Counted from the stretch's first letter, positions 1-9,704 are shown. The stretch: 29,872 nucleotides of DNA from an uncultured Azospirillum sp. (GCA_964463185.1 CAYXBH010000002.1:1-29872), one strand, 5' to 3'. Numbers and translations are program-made. The notes: generated from the sequence alone by a model not told the origin.

Positions 1-56
1 GGAACAGAGTGTTTTTTTAAGGGTATTAAAAAACAACACTTTTCTTTAATTGAGCG

Positions 57-90
57 AAAAAAAAGCGTTTCTTTTTAAGGAAACGCTTTT
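57..90 (-). terminator. Rho-independent terminator of ppiD
   Basis: 11-bp perfect stem AAAAGCGTTTC (61-71) / GAAACGCTTTT (80-90) with an 8-nt loop; U-run on the minus strand; 5 nt after the ppiD stop. Confidence 0.8.
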
Positions 91-95
91 GCTTT

Positions 96-1970
96 TTAAT
101 CTTCCAACCCAAGCAGTCGGTATTTGACCCTGATGTCATAATCTTTTCCATAGCTCCTAATCAGAGCTGCCGATGCTTCCTGTGCCAAATCCAAATTCAG
201 ACGGCGGGAAATAACGTCCATATCTTCGTCCGACAAACTACGGGGTTCCGCATCTTTTACGGCCAGAGCAACAATATGTGTTCCGTTCTGTTCAATCAGT
301 TTCGGTGTCTGATTGACATCGTTAAACAGCTCGATCATTTGGGCCTGGGACAGCGATGCAAAGCTTTCGCTGCGGGTGAGGGGATCGGTTGTTTCCACCT
401 TCAGGCCATAACGTTTGGCTACTTCTTTGATGTCATCACCGCTTTCCAGATCATGCATAACATCGTTGATGATTTCCTGAGTGATGGCGGCTTTTTCGTT
501 TTCCTGCCACATTTCTTTAATCTTCGGCATCGCCATTTCAAGACTTTGCTGATGACTGTCCTTAATAGCATTGACTCTGGCAAAAACAAAACCGTCGTCA
601 GTTTCAATTGCCTGGGAAATCTCCCCCTGATTATAAGAGAAAACGGCATCAACGAAATCAGGATTTTTAACCAGACCATCAAAGGAGACAGGCAGGGATA
701 TAGCATTGCCGTTTTCATCCAAACCTTTAACCTGTTCGACTTTAACGTTCATTCCTTCGGCAATCTGCTCCAAACTATTACCGGCGCCGATCTGGTCTTC
801 AATCCGGTTGATCAGTTCATAACCGGTTTCATAAACCGCATCGTCGGCCAGGGTCTGTCTGATTTTTTCTCTGACTGTTTTTTCGTCTTCTTTGGAACCG
901 GCTTTAATATCGGTTACTTTCATGATGTGCCATCCCATTTCCGAAGACATCGGACCAACGACATCGCCTTTTTCAACCGCAAATACTTCCCGTCCGGTTT
1001 CAGCAATAAGCATATCTTCCGAAACATAATCCAGACGCGTTTCTTCATCGGTTTGCTGTGCTTTTTCACGGGCAACCTGATAAAAATCTTCGCCTTTGTC
1101 AAGCGCGGCTTTGGCGGCATCGGCATCTTCCTTGTTTGCAAACACCATCTGCAAAACATTGCGGGTTTCCGGCATAACAAACAGGTTCAGGTTGTTTTCA
1201 TAATATTCGTCGATTTCTTCGTCCGAAATTTCTATATGTCCGGCAAGATCTTTGGTCGAAAGAACGATAAAATCGGCATCGCGTCTTTCCGGCTCAACGA
1301 AATCCATGCTGAAATCGTTGTAATACTGGTCAATTTCATCTTCGGAAATTTCCCTGTCAACAACGGCATCGGCATCGTTCAGCGATATATAGCTGAACAC
1401 TTTCCGCATACTTTCAGCGGTGGCAACATATTTTGTCAGCACGGAAGGAACGTTGAAAACGGCAACCAGGCTTTGTACCAGATATTGTTTTTTCAGCTCC
1501 TGACGGATATTTTCGATATACTGTTTTTCGCTCCAGTTGGACCGGGAAAGAAAGTAATTCAGTTTTTCTTTGCTGAACTGTCCGTTTTCGTCCCAGAACT
1601 GAACTTGCGAAAAAATAATATCCCGCACCAGAGCATCGTTGATATACACTTTGTTTTTAACCGCGGTTTCTTCCGTGATCATATCGTCCAGATCTCTCTG
1701 TACCAGCCCGGCCAGCATGGCATTTCGTATTTCGTCGGTAATTTCGATATCTCCGAACAGCCGCTGAGCCATCCTGATTTCCCTGTCCAGCTGCTGTTTG
1801 ATATCAAACTGCGTAACCTCGCGGTTGTTAACTTTAATAACTGCCCGATTGCCGGCGGCACTGTTGATGTATCCAGAAACACCGAATAAAGACATAAAAC
1901 TGAGTGCCGTCAAAATCAAAATCGCTTTTGCCGCCCAAGAATCCTGTGCCTTGCGTAATTTGGTAATCAT
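96..1970 (-). CDS. ppiD: PpiD-like periplasmic chaperone / peptidyl-prolyl isomerase (SurA_N + rotamase)
   Basis: 624 aa; N-terminal membrane anchor (MITKLRK..WAAKAILILTALSF..FG), SurA-N-type domain, parvulin-like region (GEDFYQVAREK..GPMSSEMGWHIMKV); divergent from tpiA as in many Alphaproteobacteria. Confidence 0.9.
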   Translation of the reverse strand: MITKLRKAQDSWAAKAILILTALSFMSLFGVSGYINSAAGNRAVIKVNNREVTQFDIKQQLDREIRMAQRLFGDIEITDEIRNAMLAGLVQRDLDDMITEETAVKNKVYINDALVRDIIFSQVQFWDENGQFSKEKLNYFLSRSNWSEKQYIENIRQELKKQYLVQSLVAVFNVPSVLTKYVATAESMRKVFSYISLNDADAVVDREISEDEIDQYYNDFSMDFVEPERRDADFIVLSTKDLAGHIEISDEEIDEYYENNLNLFVMPETRNVLQMVFANKEDADAAKAALDKGEDFYQVAREKAQQTDEETRLDYVSEDMLIAETGREVFAVEKGDVVGPMSSEMGWHIMKVTDIKAGSKEDEKTVREKIRQTLADDAVYETGYELINRIEDQIGAGNSLEQIAEGMNVKVEQVKGLDENGNAISLPVSFDGLVKNPDFVDAVFSYNQGEISQAIETDDGFVFARVNAIKDSHQQSLEMAMPKIKEMWQENEKAAITQEIINDVMHDLESGDDIKEVAKRYGLKVETTDPLTRSESFASLSQAQMIELFNDVNQTPKLIEQNGTHIVALAVKDAEPRSLSDEDMDVISRRLNLDLAQEASAALIRSYGKDYDIRVKYRLLGLED

Positions 1971-2169
1971 GTATATTGCGTCCTGTGTATATTATGTTCC
2001 TATTTACTTACTAAACCAAGTCCGTAAACATATTGTATTAAAAATTAAAAAAGATTATCATAAATATAACCGTTTTCTTAATATATGCAATCGCAAAATA
2101 TTAGTGTTGAAAAGTTTTTTTTAGTATGCTAATTTTGCGGCAACATAAAATATTTTGAGGAAAAAAATA

Positions 2170-2928
2170 ATGGCTAGAAAAATTATGATCGCCGGCAACT
2201 GGAAAATGAACGGCCTGTCCGAAGACGGGGTTGCTCTTGCCAAAGAGGTTGCCGCCGAAGTCAAAAAACTGGGCAGACCCGCATGCGAATTTTTGGTATG
2301 TCCGCCTTTTACTTTGCTTTATCTGGTAAAAAAAGCTCTCCACGGTGCCAAAGTTGCGCTCGGTGCGCAAGATGCTCATTTTGCGGTTAAAGGCGCCCAC
2401 ACCGGCGACATCAGTCCCGCCATGCTCAAAGACATGGGCTGCACTTATGTTATCCTCGGCCACTCCGAACGCCGTGCCGACCATTTTGAAACCAGCGAAC
2501 TGGTAGCCCAAAAAGCGGCGGCAGCTTATGAGGCGGGGTTAAAAACCATTATCTGCATCGGAGAAACCGAAAAACAGCGCGACGAAGGGAAAACGATTGA
2601 AGTTTGCGCCGAACAGATTATGGGCTCCGTTCCCGAAAATGCCGACGCTTCCAATACCGTAATCGCCTATGAACCGGTTTGGGCAATCGGCACCGGCAAA
2701 ACGCCAACTCCCGCCGATGTTGAGGAAGTTCACGCTTCTGTCCGCAAAGTTCTGGCCAAAAAACTGGGTAAAGCAACCGCCAATAAAATGCGGATCCTTT
2801 ACGGCGGTTCGGTCAAACCTTCTAATGCTGGGGAATTTTTGTCGCTGGAAGACGTCGACGGCGCACTGATCGGCGGTGCCAGCCTGAAAGCGCAGGACTT
2901 TTTGGCAATTGCCAAATCCGTTTGTTAA
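2170..2928 (+). CDS. tpiA: Triosephosphate isomerase
   Basis: AGNWKMN, GHSERR and AYEPVWAIGTG motifs; ATG at 2170 after GAGG chosen over the upstream ORF start. Confidence 0.98.
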   Translation: MARKIMIAGNWKMNGLSEDGVALAKEVAAEVKKLGRPACEFLVCPPFTLLYLVKKALHGAKVALGAQDAHFAVKGAHTGDISPAMLKDMGCTYVILGHSERRADHFETSELVAQKAAAAYEAGLKTIICIGETEKQRDEGKTIEVCAEQIMGSVPENADASNTVIAYEPVWAIGTGKTPTPADVEEVHASVRKVLAKKLGKATANKMRILYGGSVKPSNAGEFLSLEDVDGALIGGASLKAQDFLAIAKSVC

Positions 2929-2952
2929 CAGTTTTTCTATAAAGGATATAAA

Positions 2953-3291
2953 ATGAGTACGGTTTTATTAGTTATCCATCTGCTGGTTGCCATCTTTCTG
3001 GTTGCCCTGATTTTGATGCAACGTTCCGGCGGCGGCGCCCTCAGTGGGCTCGGCGGCGGCTCGGGTGCGGGCAATTTTATGACCGCCCGCGGAACCGGCA
3101 ACCTGCTGACCCGTCTAACCGCGATTATGGCAACGCTGTTCTTTTTGACCAGTTTGTCGCTCTCTCTGTATTATAAAGATCACACCAATACGGAAAGCCG
3201 TTCCATTTTGGACGCGCCGGCTGTAGAAACCCAGGCTCCGGCTCAGCCGGCAGCTCCGGCAGTTCCCAACGCGCCGGTGGCAGAGCAGTAA
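2953..3291 (+). CDS. secG: Preprotein translocase subunit SecG
   Basis: Two hydrophobic segments around LMQRSGGGALSGLGGG..RG..NLLTRLT; Pro/Ala-rich tail; AAGGA RBS. Confidence 0.95.
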   Translation: MSTVLLVIHLLVAIFLVALILMQRSGGGALSGLGGGSGAGNFMTARGTGNLLTRLTAIMATLFFLTSLSLSLYYKDHTNTESRSILDAPAVETQAPAQPAAPAVPNAPVAEQ

Positions 3292-3306
3292 ATGAATGGG
3301 ACAATC

Positions 3307-3342
3307 AAAAAATCGGAGGCACCTTTTCACAAGGTGCCTCTG
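3307..3342. terminator. Strong hairpin between secG and pyrG (A-tract on its 5' side)
   Basis: CGGAGGCACCTT (3314-3325) / AAGGTGCCTCTG (3331-3342), 5-nt loop; U-tract only on the minus strand. Confidence 0.5.
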
Positions 3343-3393
3343 ACGCTTTAAAATCTGAAAAATTTTACCTTTTTATCAAAAGGGTCTTGCACA

Positions 3394-5037
3394 ATGACTA
3401 AAAATGAAAATAAGCAACCAAAATTCATCTTCATCACCGGCGGTGTTGTTTCTTCTTTGGGAAAAGGACTAGCATCCGCCTCTTTGGCCGCACTGCTGCA
3501 GGCGCGCGGTTTCAAAGTCCGGCTGCGCAAACTGGATCCATACTTAAATGTTGACCCCGGCACCATGAACCCATGCCAGCACGGGGAAGTTTTTGTTACC
3601 GACGACGGCACCGAGGCCGACCTTGACCTTGGGCATTACGAACGTTTTTCGGGCATTCCCGCCACCAAGCATGACAGCGTAACTTCCGGAAAAATCTATC
3701 AGCGGGTGCTCGACAAAGAGCGTCATGGCGATTATCTGGGGGCTACCATTCAGGTTATTCCTCATGTTACCAACGAAATCAAAGAATTCATCTTGTCGAA
3801 TTTAAGTGATGAAGATTTTGTATTATGCGAAATCGGCGGAACAGTCGGTGATATCGAGGGACAACCCTATCTGGAAACCATCCGCCAGTTGGCCTACGAA
3901 CTCGGACACGACAGAACCATGTTTGTCCACTTAACGCTTTTACCCTATATTCCGACTGCTGGCGAATTAAAAACAAAGCCAACCCAGCACTCAGTAAAAC
4001 AATTGCAGGAATACGGCATCCAACCAGATATTCTGCTGTGCCGTTCGCAAATTGAAATTCCGCAAAACGAAAAACGCAAAATTGCCTTGTTCTGCAACGT
4101 GCGGGAGAAGAGGGTGATTGCCGCGCTCGATGCCCGCTCCATATATCATGTGCCGATGGCCTATTCAAAAGAAGGGTTGGATGTGGAAGTCTGCAAGTAT
4201 TTCGGCCTTGATACCCCGGCTGCCGACCTAAGCAAGTGGGAACATATTGCAGATGTTATGGAAAATCCGGAAGGCGAAGTCAGGATTGCCGTTATTGGCA
4301 AATATCAACTGCTGGAAGCATATAAGTCTTTAAACGAAGCCCTGACTCACGGCGGCATAGCCAACCATTTCAAAATTAAAATCAAATGGATTGACGCCGA
4401 AGATGTGGAAAAAACCGGCGCAGCCGCTTATTTGTCCGATGTCAGTGGTATCCTGGTGCCGGGCGGTTTCGGCAGCCGCGGAACCGAAGGGAAAATCGCC
4501 GCCGCCCGCTATGCCCGCGAAAACAACATTCCCTACTTTGGTATCTGTTTCGGTATGCAGATGGCGGTTATTGAAACCATGCGCAACGTTGCTGGCATCA
4601 AAAACGCCAGCAGTACAGAACTGGATCCCAACTGCGAGGCCGTTGTTGGTCTGATGACGGAATGGGATAAAGACGGTGCCAGAGAAATCCGGAGCAAAAA
4701 CGGGGATCTCGGCGGCACCATGCGTCTTGGCGCATATCCCTGCCTACTGACACCAGGCTCAAAAGCCGCCGATATTTACGGGACGGAAAAAATCAACGAA
4801 AGACATCGCCATCGTTACGAAGTCAATATTAAATATGAACCATTGCTTCAAAAGGCAGGGATGCAGATTACCGGCAAATCGCCGGACGGGAAACTTCCGG
4901 AAATAGTCGAACGGCCGGAGCATCCGTGGTTTGTCGGAGTACAATTCCATCCGGAGCTGAAATCAAAACCGTTTGCACCACATCCGTTATTTGTAGCTTT
5001 TATAAAAGCAGCAATTGACAACAGCCGCCTTTTATAA
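3394..5037 (+). CDS. pyrG: CTP synthase
   Basis: [31 protein letters not shown] (catalytic Cys) and QFHPE motifs; 547 aa. Confidence 0.99.
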   Translation: MTKNENKQPKFIFITGGVVSSLGKGLASASLAALLQARGFKVRLRKLDPYLNVDPGTMNPCQHGEVFVTDDGTEADLDLGHYERFSGIPATKHDSVTSGKIYQRVLDKERHGDYLGATIQVIPHVTNEIKEFILSNLSDEDFVLCEIGGTVGDIEGQPYLETIRQLAYELGHDRTMFVHLTLLPYIPTAGELKTKPTQHSVKQLQEYGIQPDILLCRSQIEIPQNEKRKIALFCNVREKRVIAALDARSIYHVPMAYSKEGLDVEVCKYFGLDTPAADLSKWEHIADVMENPEGEVRIAVIGKYQLLEAYKSLNEALTHGGIANHFKIKIKWIDAEDVEKTGAAAYLSDVSGILVPGGFGSRGTEGKIAAARYARENNIPYFGICFGMQMAVIETMRNVAGIKNASSTELDPNCEAVVGLMTEWDKDGAREIRSKNGDLGGTMRLGAYPCLLTPGSKAADIYGTEKINERHRHRYEVNIKYEPLLQKAGMQITGKSPDGKLPEIVERPEHPWFVGVQFHPELKSKPFAPHPLFVAFIKAAIDNSRLL

Positions 5038-5075
5038 TTAAATACAACCCCTTGGAAGTTATAAAGAAGAAAAAC

Positions 5076-5618
5076 ATGAAAAACAGAATAATTATAACCT
5101 TTTTGGCGACAATATTTGCATTTTCGGCAGAAGCCGGCGTTATAAAAGATTTTTTCAGCGAAGCCTGGGAAAACTCAAAATACGCTTTTAACTGCGGCAG
5201 ACACGATCTTTATGTGCCTGTCCGCACTTGGCATAACCGTCTGTTCTACGATGACGAGCATATCGACAAATACAACGAAGAACCCTGGGGTATCGGCTAT
5301 GGCCACAGTTTTTGGGAGGGCAATGAATGGCACGGCGTCTATGCCATGGTCTTCAAAGATTCCAACTTTCACCCGGAAACTATGATCGGCTACGCCTACC
5401 TCTACAATTGGGGACTGGATGATACCGGCGACTGGAAAGCCGGCGTTGGCTACACGTTGGGCGTTACCCAGAGGGAAGAATATTTATACATACCGGTTCC
5501 GCTACCGCTGCCGATTGCCGGCGTTTCATACAAGCAACTTTCCCTGCAAGCGACCTATGTTCCCGGCGTCAAAAACGACGGTAACGTTCTGTTTGCCTGG
5601 CTAAAATGGACATTCTGA
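5076..5618 (+). CDS. pagP: Lipid A palmitoyltransferase PagP (outer-membrane beta-barrel)
   Basis: Signal peptide (MKNRIII..SAEA); LYVP..TWHNR, NEEPWG.G.G, WHGVYAMVFKDS, TQR, ATYVPG..NDGNVLFAW..W.F; His33/Asp76/Ser77/Arg114 and Pro28/Pro50 equivalents present; ATG at 5076 preferred over TTG at 5052. Confidence 0.92.
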   Translation: MKNRIIITFLATIFAFSAEAGVIKDFFSEAWENSKYAFNCGRHDLYVPVRTWHNRLFYDDEHIDKYNEEPWGIGYGHSFWEGNEWHGVYAMVFKDSNFHPETMIGYAYLYNWGLDDTGDWKAGVGYTLGVTQREEYLYIPVPLPLPIAGVSYKQLSLQATYVPGVKNDGNVLFAWLKWTF

Positions 5619-5638
5619 CAAAAGATAAGGAAAAATAT

Positions 5639-6484
5639 ATGGAAGCACAAAAAACTATAAAAATCGACAATTTTGAAATTGGTAACCGGTTGCCACTGGC
5701 GATAATCGCCGGTCCCTGCCAGATTGAAAGCCGCCAGCATGCTATTGACATTGCCGGCGCCATGGTGGAGATAACCAAAGATCTCGGCATCAACTACATT
5801 TTCAAAGCTTCTTACGACAAAGCCAACCGTACTTCTCTCAAATCGCCCCGCGGCATCGGTATAGAGGAGGGAATGCACACCTTTGACGAAATTAAAAAGT
5901 TGTACGGATGCCCGATTCTGACCGATGTGCATGAAAAGGAACAATGTGCCGTTGTTGCCAAACACGTTGACATACTGCAAATTCCGGCTTTTCTATGCCG
6001 GCAGACCGACCTGGTCATCGCCGCCGCCCAAACAGGAAAAATCATCAATATCAAAAAAGGGCAGTTTCTGGCTCCCTGGGATATGAAAAATCTGGTCATG
6101 AAATCGGTAGACAGTGGCAACCCGAATGTCTGCATTACCGAACGCGGCACCAGTTTCGGCTACAACACGCTGATAACCGATATGCGTTCTTTTCCCAAAA
6201 TGGCCAAAGATACCGGCTGCCCAATCATTTTTGATGCCACCCATTCGGTGCAGCAGCCAGGCGGACTTGGCGGATGCTCCGGCGGACAAAGGGAATTTGC
6301 ACCGGTTCTGGCTCGTGCCGCTGCTGCTGTCGGCGTAGCTGCCGTATTTATGGAAACCCACGAAAATCCGGATAAAGCATTATCGGATGGCCCCAACTCC
6401 ATCGCCTTAAAAGATATGAAACGGGTGATTGGCGAGTTAATGGCTTATGACAAGATTACCAAAACCATCATTCACGACTATTAA
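5639..6484 (+). CDS. kdsA: KDO8P synthase (3-deoxy-D-manno-octulosonate 8-phosphate synthase), Cys-containing metal-dependent type
   Basis: IAGPCQIES, KASYDKANRTS, QIPAFLCRQTD, KKGQF, ERG, DATHSVQ and SDGPN motifs; AAGGA RBS upstream of ATG 5639. Confidence 0.97.
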   Translation: MEAQKTIKIDNFEIGNRLPLAIIAGPCQIESRQHAIDIAGAMVEITKDLGINYIFKASYDKANRTSLKSPRGIGIEEGMHTFDEIKKLYGCPILTDVHEKEQCAVVAKHVDILQIPAFLCRQTDLVIAAAQTGKIINIKKGQFLAPWDMKNLVMKSVDSGNPNVCITERGTSFGYNTLITDMRSFPKMAKDTGCPIIFDATHSVQQPGGLGGCSGGQREFAPVLARAAAAVGVAAVFMETHENPDKALSDGPNSIALKDMKRVIGELMAYDKITKTIIHDY

Positions 6485-6513
6485 CCGCAGAACTGGCGAA
6501 CTCGGATATAAAA

Positions 6514-7230
6514 ATGGAGTTTCGTGACGAGGGATATATTACCGCTGTCCGCCGCTACGGCGAAAATTCGTTGATTGTAAGCCTAATTTCAAAAGAACAT
6601 GGCTTAATCAGCGGTTTTGTCAAAGGCGGCAGCAGCCGGAAGAACATCGGCATATACCAAACCGGCAACCGGATCGGCTTTGATGCCTATGCTCGAATTG
6701 AAGAAAATATGCTCAGCCTAAAAACGGAACTGCTGATGCCATCAGCAGTCAATTTTATGTCATCGCCCGCCAAGCTGGCCGCTTTATCATCTCTGTGCTC
6801 GTTGTGCACAGCCTGCCTTCCAGAAAAAGAAAATTTAGAGTTGTTTTATAACCGGATAGACGATTTTTTTAATTTTATAAATAAAGAAAATTGGTTGACA
6901 TACTATTCTTTGTTTGAATTTTTTCTGCTTGATTATCTCGGTATCGGGCTTGACCTGAACGAATGTGCTGTAACCGGCAGCAAAGAAAACCTGGCCTATA
7001 TTTCCCCCAAAAGCGGCCGGGCGGTGTGCTGGGAGTCGGGAGCGCCGTATGCGATGCGGCTCTATTCATATCCGCATTTCATTGTGGATAAAAACGAATT
7101 TCCGTCGCCGTCTGAAATAGCAGATCTACTGAAAATGACCGAATTTTTCCTCAACAAAAATTTTTTTAAAGTTCACGGCTTGAAATTCCCCGAAAACCGT
7201 GCTAGTTTGCTGGAAAATCTGGGCCTATAA
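6514..7230 (+). CDS. recO: DNA repair protein RecO
   Basis: MEFRDEG.I..VRRYGEN; alphaproteobacterial C-terminal L..CAVTG....[11 protein letters not shown]; directly upstream of parC. Confidence 0.95.
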   Translation: MEFRDEGYITAVRRYGENSLIVSLISKEHGLISGFVKGGSSRKNIGIYQTGNRIGFDAYARIEENMLSLKTELLMPSAVNFMSSPAKLAALSSLCSLCTACLPEKENLELFYNRIDDFFNFINKENWLTYYSLFEFFLLDYLGIGLDLNECAVTGSKENLAYISPKSGRAVCWESGAPYAMRLYSYPHFIVDKNEFPSPSEIADLLKMTEFFLNKNFFKVHGLKFPENRASLLENLGL

Positions 7231-7238
7231 GGGAAACT

Positions 7239-9476
7239 ATGCAAGAAAACGAAGAAAAAATCAAAAACGTACAGCTTGCTGAAGAACTCAGCAAGCGTTA
7301 CCTGTCTTATGCCATGTCAACGATCGTATCACGTTCGCTGCCAGACGTCCGGGACGGCCTAAAACCTGTTCACCGTCGTCTGCTGTATGCCATGCGCCAG
7401 CTGCATCTCGACCCCAAATCGGGGTTCAAAAAATGCGCCCGCGTTGTCGGTGATGTCATCGGTAAATATCACCCCCACGGCGACAGCGCCGTTTACGGCG
7501 CCATGGCACGCCTGGCACAGGATTTTTCGGTGCGCTATCCGTTAGTGGACGGGCAGGGCAACTTCGGCAACATCGACGGCGACGGCCCTGCCGCCATGCG
7601 TTATACCGAAGCCAGACTGACAGAATTTGCCATTGCCCTGATGGAGGGGCTGAATGACAATGCCGTCGATTTTATGGATACCTACGATGGAGAAGAAAGC
7701 GAGCCAGTAGTTATGCCAGCCATGGTACCCAACCTTTTGTGCAACGGTTCAGCTGGTATCGCCGTCGGGATGGCCACCAATATTCCCCCGCATAACTTAA
7801 GCGAAGTCTGCGACGCACTTTTGTACCTGATTGACAATCCGGAATGCGACATCGAACCACTTGTCCGTCGGATAAAAGGCCCCGATTTCCCGACTGGCGG
7901 CTATATCATCGACAAGTTCGACAGCATTTTGGATACCTATCGCCAGGGCAAAGGAGTGTTCCGCATCCGTGCAAAATGGGAAAAGGAAGACCTCGGTCAT
8001 GGGCAATATCAGATTATCGTTACGGAAATTCCTTATATGGTTCCCAAAGCCAAGCTGGTTGAAAAAATAGCCTCTTTGCTTTTGGAAAAGAAAATCCCAC
8101 TTCTAAACGACATCCGAGATGAATCTGCACAAGACATAAGGATTGTACTGGAGCCTAAAAGCCGGCTGGTCGATGCCAATTTGCTGATGGAACATCTGTT
8201 TAAGCAGACCGAGCTCGAAAGCCGCTTTAACCTGAACATGAATGTCCTTGATTCTGACGGCGTACCACGGGTTATGTCAATCAAGGAAGTCTTGCGCGAA
8301 TTTTTAAATCACCGTCACAACGTTCTGCTTCGGCGGACAAATTACCGTTTGGATAAAATAAACTACCGGCTGGAAATCTTAAGCGGCTACCTGATTACAT
8401 ATCTCAACCTTGATCGCATCATCCAGATCATACGCGAAGAAGAAAACCCCAAATCCGTCATGATGACAGAGTTCAAACTGACGGAAAATCAGGCAGAGGC
8501 CATTCTTAACATGAAATTGCGCTCATTACGCAAACTGGAAGAAAGCCAGATACAAGAGGAATACGACGCTCTTTTGGAAGAAAAATCCGGTCTGGAAGAA
8601 CTGCTCGATAATGAAGGCAAAAGATGGCAGGCGATTGCTTCCGAAGTAAAACAAATTAAAGAAAAATTCGGCAAAAAAACGGCTCTCGGCCGCCGGCGAA
8701 CAGAGTTTTCAGAAGTTGCGGAAACAATCGACGTACCGCTGGAAGCCCTGATTGAAAAAGAGCCGATTACTGTGATTTTGTCGCAAAAAGGCTGGATCCG
8801 CTGCCTAAAAGGACACGTCAACTTAAATGACGAATTTAAATTCAAAGACGACGATGCCCTGCAGATAGTTCTCCATGCACAGACAACAGACAAACTGGTG
8901 GTTATGGACAGCTCAGGCAAGTTTTTCAACATTCCGGCCAATGAAATCCCAAGCGGAAGAGGATTCGGACAGCCGCTCAGGCTGATGATTGACATCGCCA
9001 ACAATGATTATGTCATTTCCGTGTTTGTATTTGAGCCGAAAGCAGCATATCTGATTGCCTCCTCCAAAGGTTACGGCTTTATTGTTGACGAAAACCATAT
9101 TATCGCCCAAACCCGCAATGGCCGCAAAATTATGAACGTGTCCGAAGGCGACAAGCCCGTCTGCTGCCTGAAAGTTAACGGCAATATGGTTGCCATCGTC
9201 GGCGACAACCGAAAACTGCTTGTTTTCAAAACGGAAGAAATTCCAACCCTAGCGCGGGGAAGGGGCGTTTGCCTGCAAAAATATAAAGAAGGCAGCCTTT
9301 CTGATATTCAGTTCTTTAACGAAACCGACGGTTTCAGTTTCAGCCGCAGTGGCGGCATCAGCACGGAAAAAGAACTGATAACCTGGCTCGGACATCGCGC
9401 CCAAGTTGGAAAACAAGTTCCTTTCGGCTTCCCGAAAAACAACAAATTTTTCACTAAAAACAACGAAGAAAAATAA
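7239..9476 (+). CDS. parC: DNA topoisomerase IV subunit A
   Basis: [21 protein letters not shown] and [10 protein letters not shown] motifs; 745 aa; no GyrA box seen; C-terminal [13 protein letters not shown] typical of alphaproteobacterial ParC. Confidence 0.93.
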   Translation: MQENEEKIKNVQLAEELSKRYLSYAMSTIVSRSLPDVRDGLKPVHRRLLYAMRQLHLDPKSGFKKCARVVGDVIGKYHPHGDSAVYGAMARLAQDFSVRYPLVDGQGNFGNIDGDGPAAMRYTEARLTEFAIALMEGLNDNAVDFMDTYDGEESEPVVMPAMVPNLLCNGSAGIAVGMATNIPPHNLSEVCDALLYLIDNPECDIEPLVRRIKGPDFPTGGYIIDKFDSILDTYRQGKGVFRIRAKWEKEDLGHGQYQIIVTEIPYMVPKAKLVEKIASLLLEKKIPLLNDIRDESAQDIRIVLEPKSRLVDANLLMEHLFKQTELESRFNLNMNVLDSDGVPRVMSIKEVLREFLNHRHNVLLRRTNYRLDKINYRLEILSGYLITYLNLDRIIQIIREEENPKSVMMTEFKLTENQAEAILNMKLRSLRKLEESQIQEEYDALLEEKSGLEELLDNEGKRWQAIASEVKQIKEKFGKKTALGRRRTEFSEVAETIDVPLEALIEKEPITVILSQKGWIRCLKGHVNLNDEFKFKDDDALQIVLHAQTTDKLVVMDSSGKFFNIPANEIPSGRGFGQPLRLMIDIANNDYVISVFVFEPKAAYLIASSKGYGFIVDENHIIAQTRNGRKIMNVSEGDKPVCCLKVNGNMVAIVGDNRKLLVFKTEEIPTLARGRGVCLQKYKEGSLSDIQFFNETDGFSFSRSGGISTEKELITWLGHRAQVGKQVPFGFPKNNKFFTKNNEEK
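7551..7558 (+). other. KOPS motif (GGGCAGGG) pointing towards dif
   Basis: Exact GGGNAGGG on the + strand, left of dif. Confidence 0.5.
9257..9264 (+). other. KOPS motif (GGGAAGGG) pointing towards dif
   Basis: Exact GGGNAGGG on the + strand, left of dif. Confidence 0.5.
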
Positions 9477-9497
9477 CAAATCAAACAAAACATTAAA

Positions 9498-9522
9498 GAG
9501 TCCGAAATAATCGGGCTTTTTT
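9498..9522 (+). terminator. Rho-independent terminator after parC
   Basis: GAGTCCGA-aataa-TCGGGCTT stem (two G.U pairs) running into a T-tract, 21 nt after the stop. Confidence 0.7.
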
Positions 9523-9676
9523 GCTTTTGCCAAAAACCCCAAGTATGAAATTTCTTGACTAAATTAAAGCCGGATCAAATGTTAAACAAAAGAAAAAATT
9601 ATTCTATTCAACATGTTGTCGTTGACTTCTAAAGTAAAATCCGCCACAAGGGCATACCTTTTTACATTATATATAT

Positions 9677-9704
9677 TTGTCGCATAATCTATATTATGTA
9701 TAGT
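9677..9704 (+). other. dif site (XerC/XerD chromosome dimer resolution site)
   Basis: TTGTCGCATAA-TCTATA-TTATGTATAGT; 20/28 identical to E. coli dif GGTGCGCATAA-TGTATA-TTATGTTAAAT; intact ATAA-N6-TTAT core; lies in a 380-bp AT-rich gap between convergent genes; KOPS and gene polarity converge on it. Confidence 0.88.

Noticed and set aside
276-1889. 537-aa ORF antisense to ppiD (similar shadows over recJ, mfd, parC and DUF1847)
   Set aside because: It fully overlaps a clearly recognisable gene on the other strand, has no motifs and has the typical antisense composition
1971-2169. CtrA (TTAA-N7-TTAA) or alpha-LexA (GTTC-N7-GTTC) boxes here and in other intergenic regions
   Set aside because: No correctly spaced matches found by eye, including upstream of recO, recJ, mfd and recG
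7083-7091. Perfect DnaA box (TGTGGATAA) inside recO
   Set aside because: Single copy in coding sequence; about 0.2 expected by chance in 30 kb; no cluster or AT-rich unwinding element
7239-9476. gyrA as an alternative call for the topoisomerase gene
   Set aside because: Too short (745 aa), no GyrA box, ParC-type C-terminus and recO adjacency
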